From positions 1-64,000 of IMG/VR virus record IMGVR_UViG_3300027563_000002: a stretch of 64,000 nt of DNA. One strand, given 5' to 3'. The stretch comes from a virus. Taxonomy: Duplodnaviria; Caudoviricetes. Every line of letters begins with the position of its first letter. The first letter of the stretch is position 1. Positions 55,072 to 64,000 of the stretch are shown here, piece after piece. The notes under the pieces were generated by a model. It was given only the letters and a program-made list of their open reading frames with translations, was not told where the DNA came from and searched no databases. Position numbers and translations under genes: made by a program.

Positions 55072-56007
55072 CTAAGGTAGGTGTGATCGGTTGAGTGATT
55101 CATTCAGTCCTTGAATCACACGTTGTATTTGTTTTAATCGTTGATAATGTTGTTCAGATTCGCGCCCGCGATAGTAAGCACTGCCTTCGGCGTAGTTGTA
55201 ATCGGGATCACGGCGTTGCTCAGCATCAGCCACCAGTTCATCAATGTTGGGGTATCGGGCAGTCAAATCACGACGATGTTTTTCGGCATCATGTGCGGGA
55301 GGTGTGTATGGTTGGCGTCTTGCATCTGCACGTGCCAGGCCCCGCTCTCTTTTGGCAATGGTCTGATCGGCTGCTGCAACTGCGGCAGGATCGTTACGGT
55401 CAAAGAATCGGTTTGTCTGAGCCATGGCCCTGCTCATGGTGGCTTTTTTACCATAGTCGCCTAGGCTGACTTCCGCCACACCTCGTTTTCGTGAGTTAAC
55501 ATAGGCTTTGTATTCTTTTTGTGCCGCTTGATGCACTGCATGATTTGTAGTGAAATCTTTATACTTGTCGCCCTGCTTCAATACCCATGTGGCAAAGTCA
55601 AACCACTTGACCCCGGTATCATTATTTGCCTCCGCCACACCTTGCTCCGGCAATACGCCTTTAGGACCTGCCATTGGTTTTGTTTGAATTTGCTTCTTAA
55701 TTAAATCGTGCTTGTCTTGGTCAGGTCCAGCAGATGCCATTATATCATCAAAGTCTCGGGTGGCAACACGCAACCTCTCCATGTCTTTGTTAGTCCATTG
55801 ACGATCTTTCTTGCTGCCTTCCGCCATGCCTCGATCGGTACTTTCGCCACCGCCATCTCCACCGCCTTCACCAGATTCACCACTGCCATAGTAACCATAA
55901 CCTGGAAAGAAGTATCCACCCATTGCCCTTGAAGATTTTTTCTTTCTATTTTTCTTTGCCTCTTCAACACCTGGTTTTTTATTATTGAATAAATCGTTGA
56001 TGATCAT
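55072..56007 (-). CDS. modular protein with GVAE junctions (putative virion internal protein)
   Basis: PGVEE, RGMAE, QGVAE, RGVAE repeats. Confidence 0.65.
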   Translation of the reverse strand: MIINDLFNNKKPGVEEAKKNRKKKSSRAMGGYFFPGYGYYGSGESGEGGGDGGGESTDRGMAEGSKKDRQWTNKDMERLRVATRDFDDIMASAGPDQDKHDLIKKQIQTKPMAGPKGVLPEQGVAEANNDTGVKWFDFATWVLKQGDKYKDFTTNHAVHQAAQKEYKAYVNSRKRGVAEVSLGDYGKKATMSRAMAQTNRFFDRNDPAAVAAADQTIAKRERGLARADARRQPYTPPAHDAEKHRRDLTARYPNIDELVADAEQRRDPDYNYAEGSAYYRGRESEQHYQRLKQIQRVIQGLNESLNRSHLP

Positions 56008-56009
56008 GA

Positions 56010-56942
56010 TTATCGTTCTTCTATGTAATCTGTGTCGGAGTTGCGTTGCTGTGCTTGGCGACGAGCTTGAAACAACTTCACGGCTATACCAGCATCATCC
56101 AGGCTGCGAAAGCGACTGGGCAATGTCTTGCCACCACGACGCAGTTCATATCCTTGATCATCATCGCCACAACATTCCAAGGCCACACCGTCGGCCATTT
56201 CAAATGTGGCCACAGGCGCCTGTGGTGCGCCAAGTTTGTTGGCCACATCCAGTTCAGCAGCATGTGCCACTTCGGTATCGCCAGGATCTGACGGACCTTG
56301 CATGGCAGCAGGATCTGTATCTATTTCTTCATTCAAATCCAATTCACTGTGTGGGAAAGCCATGTAACTGTTGCCATTCTCATCACCAGCACGTATTACA
56401 AATACCCCAGCATCATCATCACCGGACTCGTCTTGACCAATTTCCCAGCCCATTGCTGCCAAGGTGTCCTGTGCCTTGGCCATTTGTTGTTCTGTGCCGT
56501 TCCACCATTGCGCAGCTAGTTGACGCAGAATTTCTTCCTCATCAGGCTCACGGTCGTCTCCACCAGGCAACGCAAATTCATCAAGATCTTCTTCGGCCTT
56601 GCCCTTTTGTACAGCGTCAACTGCTTTGTCTTTCAAGTCACGGTCAACATGCACCTTCTTTTCCAACCGGTCCAGATATGTTGTGAGGTCTCGTTTGACC
56701 TTGCTGATCATGTCTTCTTCAATCTCGGCCATGGCTTCTTCCAGTGCAGTACGCTTGGGCTCCACGGAGTCGCCGACCATGTAGCCATCCATGGGATGAG
56801 CAGGGTCTGTTTTTGAGCCCAACGCACGAATGTTACGAGGCTTGAACAGTGCAGGCAACTGTGGTACCTTTTGTTGTGCTGGACTCAATCGGCCTTCCAC
56901 TGTGGCCAGTCGGTCTAAGATTGATCTGATGTCGTTGCTCAT
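56010..56942 (-). CDS. acidic putative virion internal protein
   Basis: multiple LxE/VxE sites; ends DYIEER. Confidence 0.6.
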   Translation of the reverse strand: MSNDIRSILDRLATVEGRLSPAQQKVPQLPALFKPRNIRALGSKTDPAHPMDGYMVGDSVEPKRTALEEAMAEIEEDMISKVKRDLTTYLDRLEKKVHVDRDLKDKAVDAVQKGKAEEDLDEFALPGGDDREPDEEEILRQLAAQWWNGTEQQMAKAQDTLAAMGWEIGQDESGDDDAGVFVIRAGDENGNSYMAFPHSELDLNEEIDTDPAAMQGPSDPGDTEVAHAAELDVANKLGAPQAPVATFEMADGVALECCGDDDQGYELRRGGKTLPSRFRSLDDAGIAVKLFQARRQAQQRNSDTDYIEER

Positions 56943-57379
56943 GCTCGTTGGTCTTTCAGATAACTGCGCAGTTGCCATTGATACTTGCCGTGTTGACCCA
57001 GGCGTCCTGCCACGAAGTCAGCAATGCCCTGTTGGTTTTCTTGTTCAGCAGCAGCAAAGCATTGGTTCAGTAGGTCGATCATTTGTTGGGTGTTGGCCAG
57101 CAGTTCTTCGATCATGAGTCGGGCACGTGGGATACGGCTTTGTTCATTAATCACAGTGAGTTCGGCAAAACGTTCCATGCTGCCGGGAGCGTATTCGTCA
57201 AGATATCTAATGTATTCTGCTGTTTGATCTAGTGCACCATAGGCGTCTTCGTAGATTTCCTGGAAAAAATTATGCAGTTCGCTGAAGTCAGGACCTTCCA
57301 CATTCCAATGAAATTGGTGTGCTTTGAGGTAGTAGACAAAATTAGTTGCCAATAGAGTTTTTAAATTGTCCGCGAGCAT
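56939..57379 (-). CDS. dps: Dps DNA-protection ferritin-like protein
   Basis: HQFHWNVEGPDFSELH, D..AE, H.K..WQL. Confidence 0.92.
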   Translation of the reverse strand: MLADNLKTLLATNFVYYLKAHQFHWNVEGPDFSELHNFFQEIYEDAYGALDQTAEYIRYLDEYAPGSMERFAELTVINEQSRIPRARLMIEELLANTQQMIDLLNQCFAAAEQENQQGIADFVAGRLGQHGKYQWQLRSYLKDQRA

Positions 57380-57560
57380 GTTTGTTCCTTTTATATTCCT
57401 TGGGCGTGTTAGGCGTAGGATCTAATGCAGTCGTATATTTACCTGTCAGCAAGGAACCGCCAGATCTTGATTGCATGCCTAATGCTGACTCAACAGGGGC
57501 AATACCGCCTGCTGTTGTGGCGCCCACTGACGCCGATTCCACAATTTCATGGGCTCTCAT
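57342..57560 (-). CDS. small hypothetical protein (MRAHEIVE)
   Basis: operonic ORF; start moved to ATG at 57560. Confidence 0.55.
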   Translation of the reverse strand: MRAHEIVESASVGATTAGGIAPVESALGMQSRSGGSLLTGKYTTALDPTPNTPKEYKRNKHARGQFKNSIGN

Positions 57561-57843
57561 GCCATATCTCCAGTATGTTGTCTTTCCAAATACGTGCTGG
57601 ACCATGGACCACACGTATATTTCGAACTTTGAGTCCAGCCCCACTGCTGGTGATCAATTGGTACTCAATGGGGTACTGCCCAGGAGCGGCTCGCACAACA
57701 AATTCTTCTTCTAAGTAAGTATTTTGCCAAATCCATGTTCTTTCAGTAAACAGTTCTTCATTGACAAACAGTCGATACACAGGAGGTTCTTTGCTCCATT
57801 TGCAGTAAACATCACAAAGAACTGTTATATCATAGGTGTGCAT
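57547..57843 (-). CDS. hypothetical protein
   Basis: operonic ORF. Confidence 0.65.
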   Translation of the reverse strand: MHTYDITVLCDVYCKWSKEPPVYRLFVNEELFTERTWIWQNTYLEEEFVVRAAPGQYPIEYQLITSSGAGLKVRNIRVVHGPARIWKDNILEIWHESP

Positions 57844-57851
57844 ATCAAATC

Positions 57852-59015
57852 TCAGTGGAACATCAGGAATTGATTGGCCACGTCCAGTCGGCTGGCACCT
57901 AAATCACCGTGTCCTGCAGGGAATACCACAACGTTCCATTTGGGAGCAGGACCTTCGGGTATGCGATTCATCTCGTCATATGTGATCACAGTGTTGGGAT
58001 CAATATTGTACTTGGCACCCAAGTCTTGACGGAACTGCTGCCAGGCTCCTGCGCTCTTTACTTGTGTGCGGCCTTTTTCATCTTTCACATACTTGCCCTT
58101 GGCATCGGTCACAAACAAGTCACGGAACATGTCCTTGGGCAAGGTCACAGCGTCTTTCACATGCCGGCCAGCATCACGCTGTAGTTGAACTGTTTTGACT
58201 TCACGGCTCTTGGCACCTGGTGAGAACTGTTTGACCACGTTGTTGGGTGTGTCAGGGTCTGTTACTATTTCGCCCATCTTGGTGTAGAAATAGAATTTTA
58301 CATCAGGATTGTTCCGGGCCACATCCATCATCAAGTTGTAGTATTCTTTTGAAAAGAAGTCACCAGCGTCATGTATGCGCACCAACAGCTTGATGCCATT
58401 CTTGCTGGCCAATGCAGCGGCTTTTTTGACTTCACCGTCAAACTTTGCCATGTAGTCTGAAGGATGATTAACCAAGAAGTTCAAGGCCTGTGCCGCGCTC
58501 ATTGAGCTGGCTGGGAACATCACATAGCCGCCTTTTCTGGCATAGCAGTAGGTTTGGCATTCGCCAGCACCTGGGCAGGTGATCACTTCCACAAACTCAC
58601 CGGTTTCTTCATCTACCACAATGCCACTCAAGGCCGGCAGGGTCAAGTCATATGTGATGGCGCCTTCTTGTTTGCTCTTGGCCATTTTGGCATTGGTGCC
58701 CAGAATCTGTCTTGGCGGCTGCATGATCTGACTTTTCAGATCCGCCAGATCCCACTCTGTGCCACCGTCGTCTCGAGTGATGGCCTTGATATTGCTGCCG
58801 TGTATGATGGGCTTGAACTTGTCAGCCTTGGTCTTGGTGCCAGTCTTGATACGAGTGGCATAGTCTTGCATGTCTTGTTTTGACATCGCACGTTGAGGCG
58901 CATCCAGTTTGAGTGCTTCGTCTGTGGCGCCTTGTTCCACATTCAGTACTTTGATGGGAAATCCACCCAGGGTTGGGCCGCGTTCGGCAGCTTCTACAAT
59001 TTGTTGTATTCTCAT
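57852..59015 (-). CDS. GP88-like protein (radical-SAM-related fold)
   Basis: LPA...TCPGAGECQTYCYARKG, RIHDAGDF, YFYTK. Confidence 0.7.
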   Translation of the reverse strand: MRIQQIVEAAERGPTLGGFPIKVLNVEQGATDEALKLDAPQRAMSKQDMQDYATRIKTGTKTKADKFKPIIHGSNIKAITRDDGGTEWDLADLKSQIMQPPRQILGTNAKMAKSKQEGAITYDLTLPALSGIVVDEETGEFVEVITCPGAGECQTYCYARKGGYVMFPASSMSAAQALNFLVNHPSDYMAKFDGEVKKAAALASKNGIKLLVRIHDAGDFFSKEYYNLMMDVARNNPDVKFYFYTKMGEIVTDPDTPNNVVKQFSPGAKSREVKTVQLQRDAGRHVKDAVTLPKDMFRDLFVTDAKGKYVKDEKGRTQVKSAGAWQQFRQDLGAKYNIDPNTVITYDEMNRIPEGPAPKWNVVVFPAGHGDLGASRLDVANQFLMFH

Positions 59016-61978
59016 TTTCTTTTGGCCTTTGCTCTGCCGGCTTTCATGTTGGCCAGCCAGTGGGCCATGCGTTGCTTTTCACCTGATGAATTCTTTGCTG
59101 TTTTACGCAGACTGCTGACTGACGCTTTGGTATCGACTCCCGAGCGTTTGGCCAGGCCTTTGCGTCCAGGATTCTTACCGTCAGCAAAGTTTTCCGCTAC
59201 ACCTTGCTGTATTGTGCTTAGTCTAGCAAGTTCTTGTTCGCCTTCAGGAGTCAAAAACCAATAGCCGTCAGCATCTACAATCCATCCAGCATCATATAAA
59301 CTGTCATACACTCTGCTTTGAGCACGACTTAGGCTTTGACTATCTTCTTGAAATCCCAATCCATGATCATTTGCAACTTCAATAGCTTTGAGTAGCAAGG
59401 CCTTGCCATAACCTTTACCGCGCACATCATCAGTCACTTCTGCCTGATTGTGTACGTCATCAGTTTCGGGATCTCTAAAAAATGAAAAATGCCCAACATT
59501 TTTTCCATCAGCGATTGCAGTGACAGTAAAACTACTTTGATAATTGTCAGTAGATGCTGTTTGGAATTGTACTGTCGAAGCGTCAGCTTCATGAACCTGG
59601 TCTTCCGCCACGTCTTGCTTGTTGGACCAAAGCAATTGGCCTTCTTCTTGTGCTATGAGGTGTATGTTGTATCCTGGATGGGTGGGTTGTATGTCATAGT
59701 TGTCAAAGTGAGAAGATAATTTTTGTAATATTCTCACCACGCCAAGATACTGATCACCCACAAGATCATCAGGTACCACTACCAAGATATCAGTGTCACT
59801 GTTTTTACGATGTTTGCCTGTGGCACGACTGCCATGGAACCAAATTTCTTGTGCTATGGGCATGACTTTGAGTATGGCATCAACCACTGGCTGACCTGGT
59901 TGTTTGCCCTCCGCCACACCTTGTTTCAAATAGCCCCATTCGTCCTTGCTTGTACGATCACGCCTGGCAATGTCTCTGCCTTTTAGTTGATCTTCTCTGC
60001 GCTTGTCGCCCGCGGCACGTAGTTTAGCAACCTTGCCATCATCTTTATTAGCAAGACGACCTGCGGTATTGACCATGGCATTGCTTTCGCCTGCCGCCAC
60101 ACTTTCTTTGACCACAGCAGGCACTGTTTCGTCACCCAGCAGGTTCAACAAAAATGTTCTGTGATGTCCGTCTTGCAAGTGATATGAGCCATCTGGCAGG
60201 GCAGACACTGTGATGGGATTCTTTTGTACAAATTGTCGTAGGCGTTGTTGGGCAGCAGGATCGGCCTTTAGCGCATCCACCAGTTCGCGCATGCTCATGT
60301 CTGGAGACACCTGCATGCCAGCAGCATGAGTCAACACATCTGCTGCTTGTTCTATATTGACGCCTTGTGTGCCAATGGCACCATTGGCCCGGCGCACATT
60401 GGCAATGGGAAAATTCTCAATGTCTTCACGCAAGTTCACAGTCTTCATCAACAGACCAGGCTCGCCATTGCGACCTGTGTTCAAGGCCAGCTTGTTGGCT
60501 TCCCGGCCAGTCTGTCCAGGTTTGATATCCACACTCAAGGCCATGGCATACTGTGGCATGGCAGCTTCACGCTTGTTCTTGGGAATATATCCTGATGCAC
60601 CTTCGCCCAAGGCCGGCAATTCAAAATGTTCAGGATGACTGTTGGCCCAGTCACGCATGATGATGCCTGCTCGTGCATTGGCATCATTTTCCCAACGTGA
60701 TCCAGTTTCGCCCGCGTCGTCAGGCAAGCCGTTGTATTGTTGATTTTGACTGCAATGCACCAGTTCATGTGCCACAGTGCGCAACACATCCAGGATATGA
60801 CGATTGGGCATGCTGACATTGAGTGTGTGGCTGTCAGGATCGTAACGACCAAAACTGTGATTGCGTGTGCTCCATTCAGGATCGTTGTGCAAATGAATTT
60901 TGGGCATGGGATCAATGCCCAGTTCTGTGGCAGTGTGTTGAATAAACTCCTGTACCAGATTGGTTTCAGGAGAGGAATCTTCTAAAAATTGTTTGGTGCT
61001 GGCAGCCACGCCATCTTCTGAACTGTAGGGCTGACCTTGATGCCCTTCTTCAACTCCGCCAGTCCAGGGCTTGACAGGAGTTCGAGCTATCTTTTGAATT
61101 TTTTCTTGGCGTTCAGCTTCGCGCTGTTTTTTTACTTTTTCGTATTCATAGGGACTGCGAAATACTTCTTGTTTCGATGTTTTGGCATCAGCATCAACGG
61201 CTGCTCGCATGTCTGCCCAACTGGCTTCGTCAACTTCTGTGCCATAGCCATAACGAAATGGCCTTGCAGGAGTTTCACGCAGGCTGAGTTCTCGATCTTG
61301 TTGTGCGGTCATGGCATCTTTGAGCAACTTGATGCAACCACTGTTGCGCAACAACTTGAAAGAGATATTTTCACAACCAAATTCGCCTTGTTGTTCAAGA
61401 CCGCTTTGGCGCATGGTCTTGATCTTGTTCCACAGTGTGCTGATGGTTTTTAAATTGTGTGACTTGACGGCGGCATGTATTCTGGCATCCAGGTCTGCTG
61501 TTTTGTCACGCACACAGGTGTCATCTATCTGAGCACGTTTGCGCTGTGGTACTTGACGCCACTCTGAATCCTGGATTGAGTAAATGCCTTGGCTGTGATG
61601 TGGCTGATCTGCAGACTGCACATACAGTTCTACATCAGCGCCACCAATCCGTATGTTGTGCTCGTTGTTGTACTGATACTTCTTGGCTGTGAACAATTCC
61701 TGGTACACAGGATTGTCGGGCATTTCTACCACAAGATGCAGATCAATGTCTGAATTTTTTGTATAGGAGTAGGCTGCGTTTGAGCCTGATATGGTGATGT
61801 CTTGGATGTTGAGATTGTCAACACCCAAGAATTCTTGAAAGTCTGCTGCAATGGTCAGTAGCTTTTCACGCACTTCGGGCAGCAAGTGCTCGTCTCGCCC
61901 CCAAATTCTGGGGTTGAGACGGCGGTGAAATTTTACTGCGTCGCCAAGATTGTAGGAGTCCAACTCATGAATGTTCAT
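59012..61978 (-). CDS. 988-aa multidomain polyprotein: nucleotidyltransferase, HExxH peptidase, ParB-like, MNT, GNAT
   Basis: GSNAAY..SDIDLH; AHELVH; DGHHR; GSRATG..SDTDILVV; RGKGYGKALL; VAE/VEE junctions. Confidence 0.75.
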   Translation of the reverse strand: MNIHELDSYNLGDAVKFHRRLNPRIWGRDEHLLPEVREKLLTIAADFQEFLGVDNLNIQDITISGSNAAYSYTKNSDIDLHLVVEMPDNPVYQELFTAKKYQYNNEHNIRIGGADVELYVQSADQPHHSQGIYSIQDSEWRQVPQRKRAQIDDTCVRDKTADLDARIHAAVKSHNLKTISTLWNKIKTMRQSGLEQQGEFGCENISFKLLRNSGCIKLLKDAMTAQQDRELSLRETPARPFRYGYGTEVDEASWADMRAAVDADAKTSKQEVFRSPYEYEKVKKQREAERQEKIQKIARTPVKPWTGGVEEGHQGQPYSSEDGVAASTKQFLEDSSPETNLVQEFIQHTATELGIDPMPKIHLHNDPEWSTRNHSFGRYDPDSHTLNVSMPNRHILDVLRTVAHELVHCSQNQQYNGLPDDAGETGSRWENDANARAGIIMRDWANSHPEHFELPALGEGASGYIPKNKREAAMPQYAMALSVDIKPGQTGREANKLALNTGRNGEPGLLMKTVNLREDIENFPIANVRRANGAIGTQGVNIEQAADVLTHAAGMQVSPDMSMRELVDALKADPAAQQRLRQFVQKNPITVSALPDGSYHLQDGHHRTFLLNLLGDETVPAVVKESVAAGESNAMVNTAGRLANKDDGKVAKLRAAGDKRREDQLKGRDIARRDRTSKDEWGYLKQGVAEGKQPGQPVVDAILKVMPIAQEIWFHGSRATGKHRKNSDTDILVVVPDDLVGDQYLGVVRILQKLSSHFDNYDIQPTHPGYNIHLIAQEEGQLLWSNKQDVAEDQVHEADASTVQFQTASTDNYQSSFTVTAIADGKNVGHFSFFRDPETDDVHNQAEVTDDVRGKGYGKALLLKAIEVANDHGLGFQEDSQSLSRAQSRVYDSLYDAGWIVDADGYWFLTPEGEQELARLSTIQQGVAENFADGKNPGRKGLAKRSGVDTKASVSSLRKTAKNSSGEKQRMAHWLANMKAGRAKAKRK

Positions 61979-61993
61979 AAGTTGTATTTACCG

Positions 61994-62920
61994 TTACACT
62001 GCGGCAGCGGCTTTCTTGCTCTTTTTGCTTGATGCCATTACCACAGGTTCGGCTGTGGGCACTGGATCAACAGCCAGTTCATGTGCTGTGGCAGGCAGCT
62101 CAACAGCCGGCGCCGCAACAATATTGGGCTCAAACATCACTTTGAGATCCTTGTACAGTTGCTCGTGTGTGTTGTAGTCAAATGTGTATGAGCCCACATG
62201 ACGCAACAAAATGCGCTTGTCCACATACACTTTGCCGCCCAGATCACGCCAGTTTTCACAGAATGTCCAGTCTTCCGAGTAGTAGCGATTTTCGCGCACA
62301 GCAGTATCAAAATAGGTTTTCATGTAGGGATTCAGTTCTGCAGGCAGACCAATGTCGTTGTTGAAAGGTCTAGTGGCAGGATGCTCATTCAATTTCTCAA
62401 ACACATCACGCTTGATCAACAAGAAGCCTGTGCCTGTTTTTGTGACTTCAATCAGCTTGCCATCCGGTTCGTCGGGCTGTCCAGGAATGCCGTTCACACA
62501 CCATTTGACTGGCAGACTCTTCATGGGATACAATCCACCGATCACGTCTTTTTGTGCATCCAGCATGACCAACAGGTGCCAGGGTTCCCAGCCAATGTCA
62601 GCGTCAATAAACATCAAGTGTGTGCTTTCTTTGTTGTGCAAGAACTTGGCAGTAAGAGTGTTTCTGGCACGTGATATCAAGCTCTCATTGGTCATGGTTT
62701 CCACTGTCCAGTCAATGTTCAGTTGACGGCACATGTTGGCCCATTTGATATAGCTCATGAAACACTGTTCGGTCAACTGTCCACCATAACAAGGCATACA
62801 GATATGCACTCGTGTGGTACGCAAATAGTCAATATTTACTTGTATGTTGTTCTGATTTGTTTGTACAGGATCAGTTGGGGGTACAGTAGTAGGCACTGCA
62901 TCAGCTTGGGTGTCAGACAT
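61994..62920 (-). CDS. GT-A glycosyltransferase
   Basis: MPCYGG, ISRARN, FIDADI, GTGFLLI, SEDWTFC. Confidence 0.8.
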   Translation of the reverse strand: MSDTQADAVPTTVPPTDPVQTNQNNIQVNIDYLRTTRVHICMPCYGGQLTEQCFMSYIKWANMCRQLNIDWTVETMTNESLISRARNTLTAKFLHNKESTHLMFIDADIGWEPWHLLVMLDAQKDVIGGLYPMKSLPVKWCVNGIPGQPDEPDGKLIEVTKTGTGFLLIKRDVFEKLNEHPATRPFNNDIGLPAELNPYMKTYFDTAVRENRYYSEDWTFCENWRDLGGKVYVDKRILLRHVGSYTFDYNTHEQLYKDLKVMFEPNIVAAPAVELPATAHELAVDPVPTAEPVVMASSKKSKKAAAAV

Positions 62921-62976
62921 GGGTTCTCCGTTAAAATGTGCTAGTATTTAAAGATTATAACAGAGGGTGTTATTTT

Positions 62977-63888
62977 TTACGACCGACGTTCTTCCACATA
63001 GTCTTCATAAGTGGCAGCCCAGCCTTGGTTTTCGTTTGTTTTGGGTTGACTACGAGCAATACTTATAGTGTATCCTTGCAGTCCTTTTTTGGATAATATG
63101 TTGTCCACAAATTCTACGGCTTCTTGAGAAGTGCTAAACTTGTTTCCAAGATCAAGGTGTTTAGTATCATTACCAATTTTTACAATAGCTATAAAATTGG
63201 GTCTGGCAATTTCCTGTGCGCCTAAAGCGCCAGCGGCAGCCATGCCCGCGGCAGCAGTTGTGCCTTGAAGGAATCCTCTGCGGCTGATGTCTTCTGCCAC
63301 GCCGCCAATGTTCTGATCAAATATACGCACAATATCCTGTGCGCCTGCTGGATCTTTTTGCGTTGAAGGATACAGGCTCATTACCAGAGCCATACGCCGT
63401 TTGGGAGTCAGCTGAGGCCAAGCTGCACGAATTTGAGAGGCTGATGTAAATGCGCCAGGTCCAAATTCTATTGTGGGCAAATACGCCATGTAGGCATGTT
63501 TGCCAAATGGTTCCAGTCGCTTGGCACCCAACAACGGCTGCAAATAACTAGCAGATCCGTCTTTTTTTACACCGCCAGCATGTGGAGGGTTAGCAGCATC
63601 TTTTTCTGACCGTACAAAGATAATTGTGTCACGATCGGGGTTGTATTGACTGGTAATTTCCATGGCCTGAAAAGGTGACTTGACCTGCACAAAGTGTCCA
63701 GGTTCTACACCTGCAGCATAGGCAATCTTTTGTTTTTCTGAGATATCAAAAGGCCTGTCACTTTTGTCATTGGTAGCAGCCACATACACTTCGGCATCAG
63801 GAAAAGCTCGTTGTGCCGATTGATACAGGGCCAAGTGTCCTGGATGAAAAGGGTGAAAACCCCCGGGCATGATTACTACAGTTGTCAT
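62977..63888 (-). CDS. HIGH-family cytidyltransferase-like protein with C-terminal cassette
   Basis: PGGFHPFHPGH, SASQIR; GVAE followed by SRRGFL. Confidence 0.75.
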   Translation of the reverse strand: MTTVVIMPGGFHPFHPGHLALYQSAQRAFPDAEVYVAATNDKSDRPFDISEKQKIAYAAGVEPGHFVQVKSPFQAMEITSQYNPDRDTIIFVRSEKDAANPPHAGGVKKDGSASYLQPLLGAKRLEPFGKHAYMAYLPTIEFGPGAFTSASQIRAAWPQLTPKRRMALVMSLYPSTQKDPAGAQDIVRIFDQNIGGVAEDISRRGFLQGTTAAAGMAAAGALGAQEIARPNFIAIVKIGNDTKHLDLGNKFSTSQEAVEFVDNILSKKGLQGYTISIARSQPKTNENQGWAATYEDYVEERRS

Positions 63889-64000
63889 AAACTGTATTTA
63901 GCGTCACATGTTTTCCAGCAACCACAGATAAAAAGGTGTAGAAAATTCAAAACTGATTGTGCCATTGCAACCAGCTGTGCCAAAAAATTGATCTGATATT

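Noticed and set aside
1-64000. Stop-codon reassignment or suppressor tRNAs
   Set aside because: No CTA, TTA or TCA anticodon found; core genes such as the polymerase are intact under code 11, and TAA, TGA and TAG all end plausible genes.
1-64000. CRISPR array, rRNA, integrase or IS element
   Set aside because: No regularly spaced direct repeats and no recognisable rRNA, integrase or transposase motifs; the repeated tggt/tcgaac strings are tRNA ends.

Overview
This window is part of a large lytic dsDNA phage genome with a T4-like replication set (PolB, sliding clamp, RNase H). The host is probably a betaproteobacterium, inferred from the tmRNA tag ANDEQFALAA. Most genes are on the minus strand. 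Positions 1-22 kb hold small early genes with sigma70 promoters, auxiliary genes (rpoZ, rubrerythrin, desaturase, amidinotransferase), 28 tRNA genes covering all 20 amino acids (three arrays plus a lone fMet), several hairpin-bounded putative ncRNAs, and a circularly permuted tmRNA with a protein gene inside its intervening segment. Positions 8.5-13.7 kb and 22-49 kb hold many glycan-tailoring and radical-SAM genes. These are interleaved with a 7-deazaguanine DNA-modification cluster (folE, queD, queE, DpdA, DpdL-like). Positions 49-54 kb hold the DNA polymerase region, and 55-64 kb hold putative virion proteins built of cassettes delimited by GVAE motifs. Main discovery candidate: each of the two main tRNA arrays is preceded by a consensus promoter, a leaderless 36-codon leader peptide, an antiterminator and an intrinsic terminator. 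The amino acids in each leader match the tRNAs of its own array. This looks like a ribosome-stalling attenuator that turns on phage tRNA genes when those tRNAs are depleted. All calls come from reading the sequence by eye; no searches were run.
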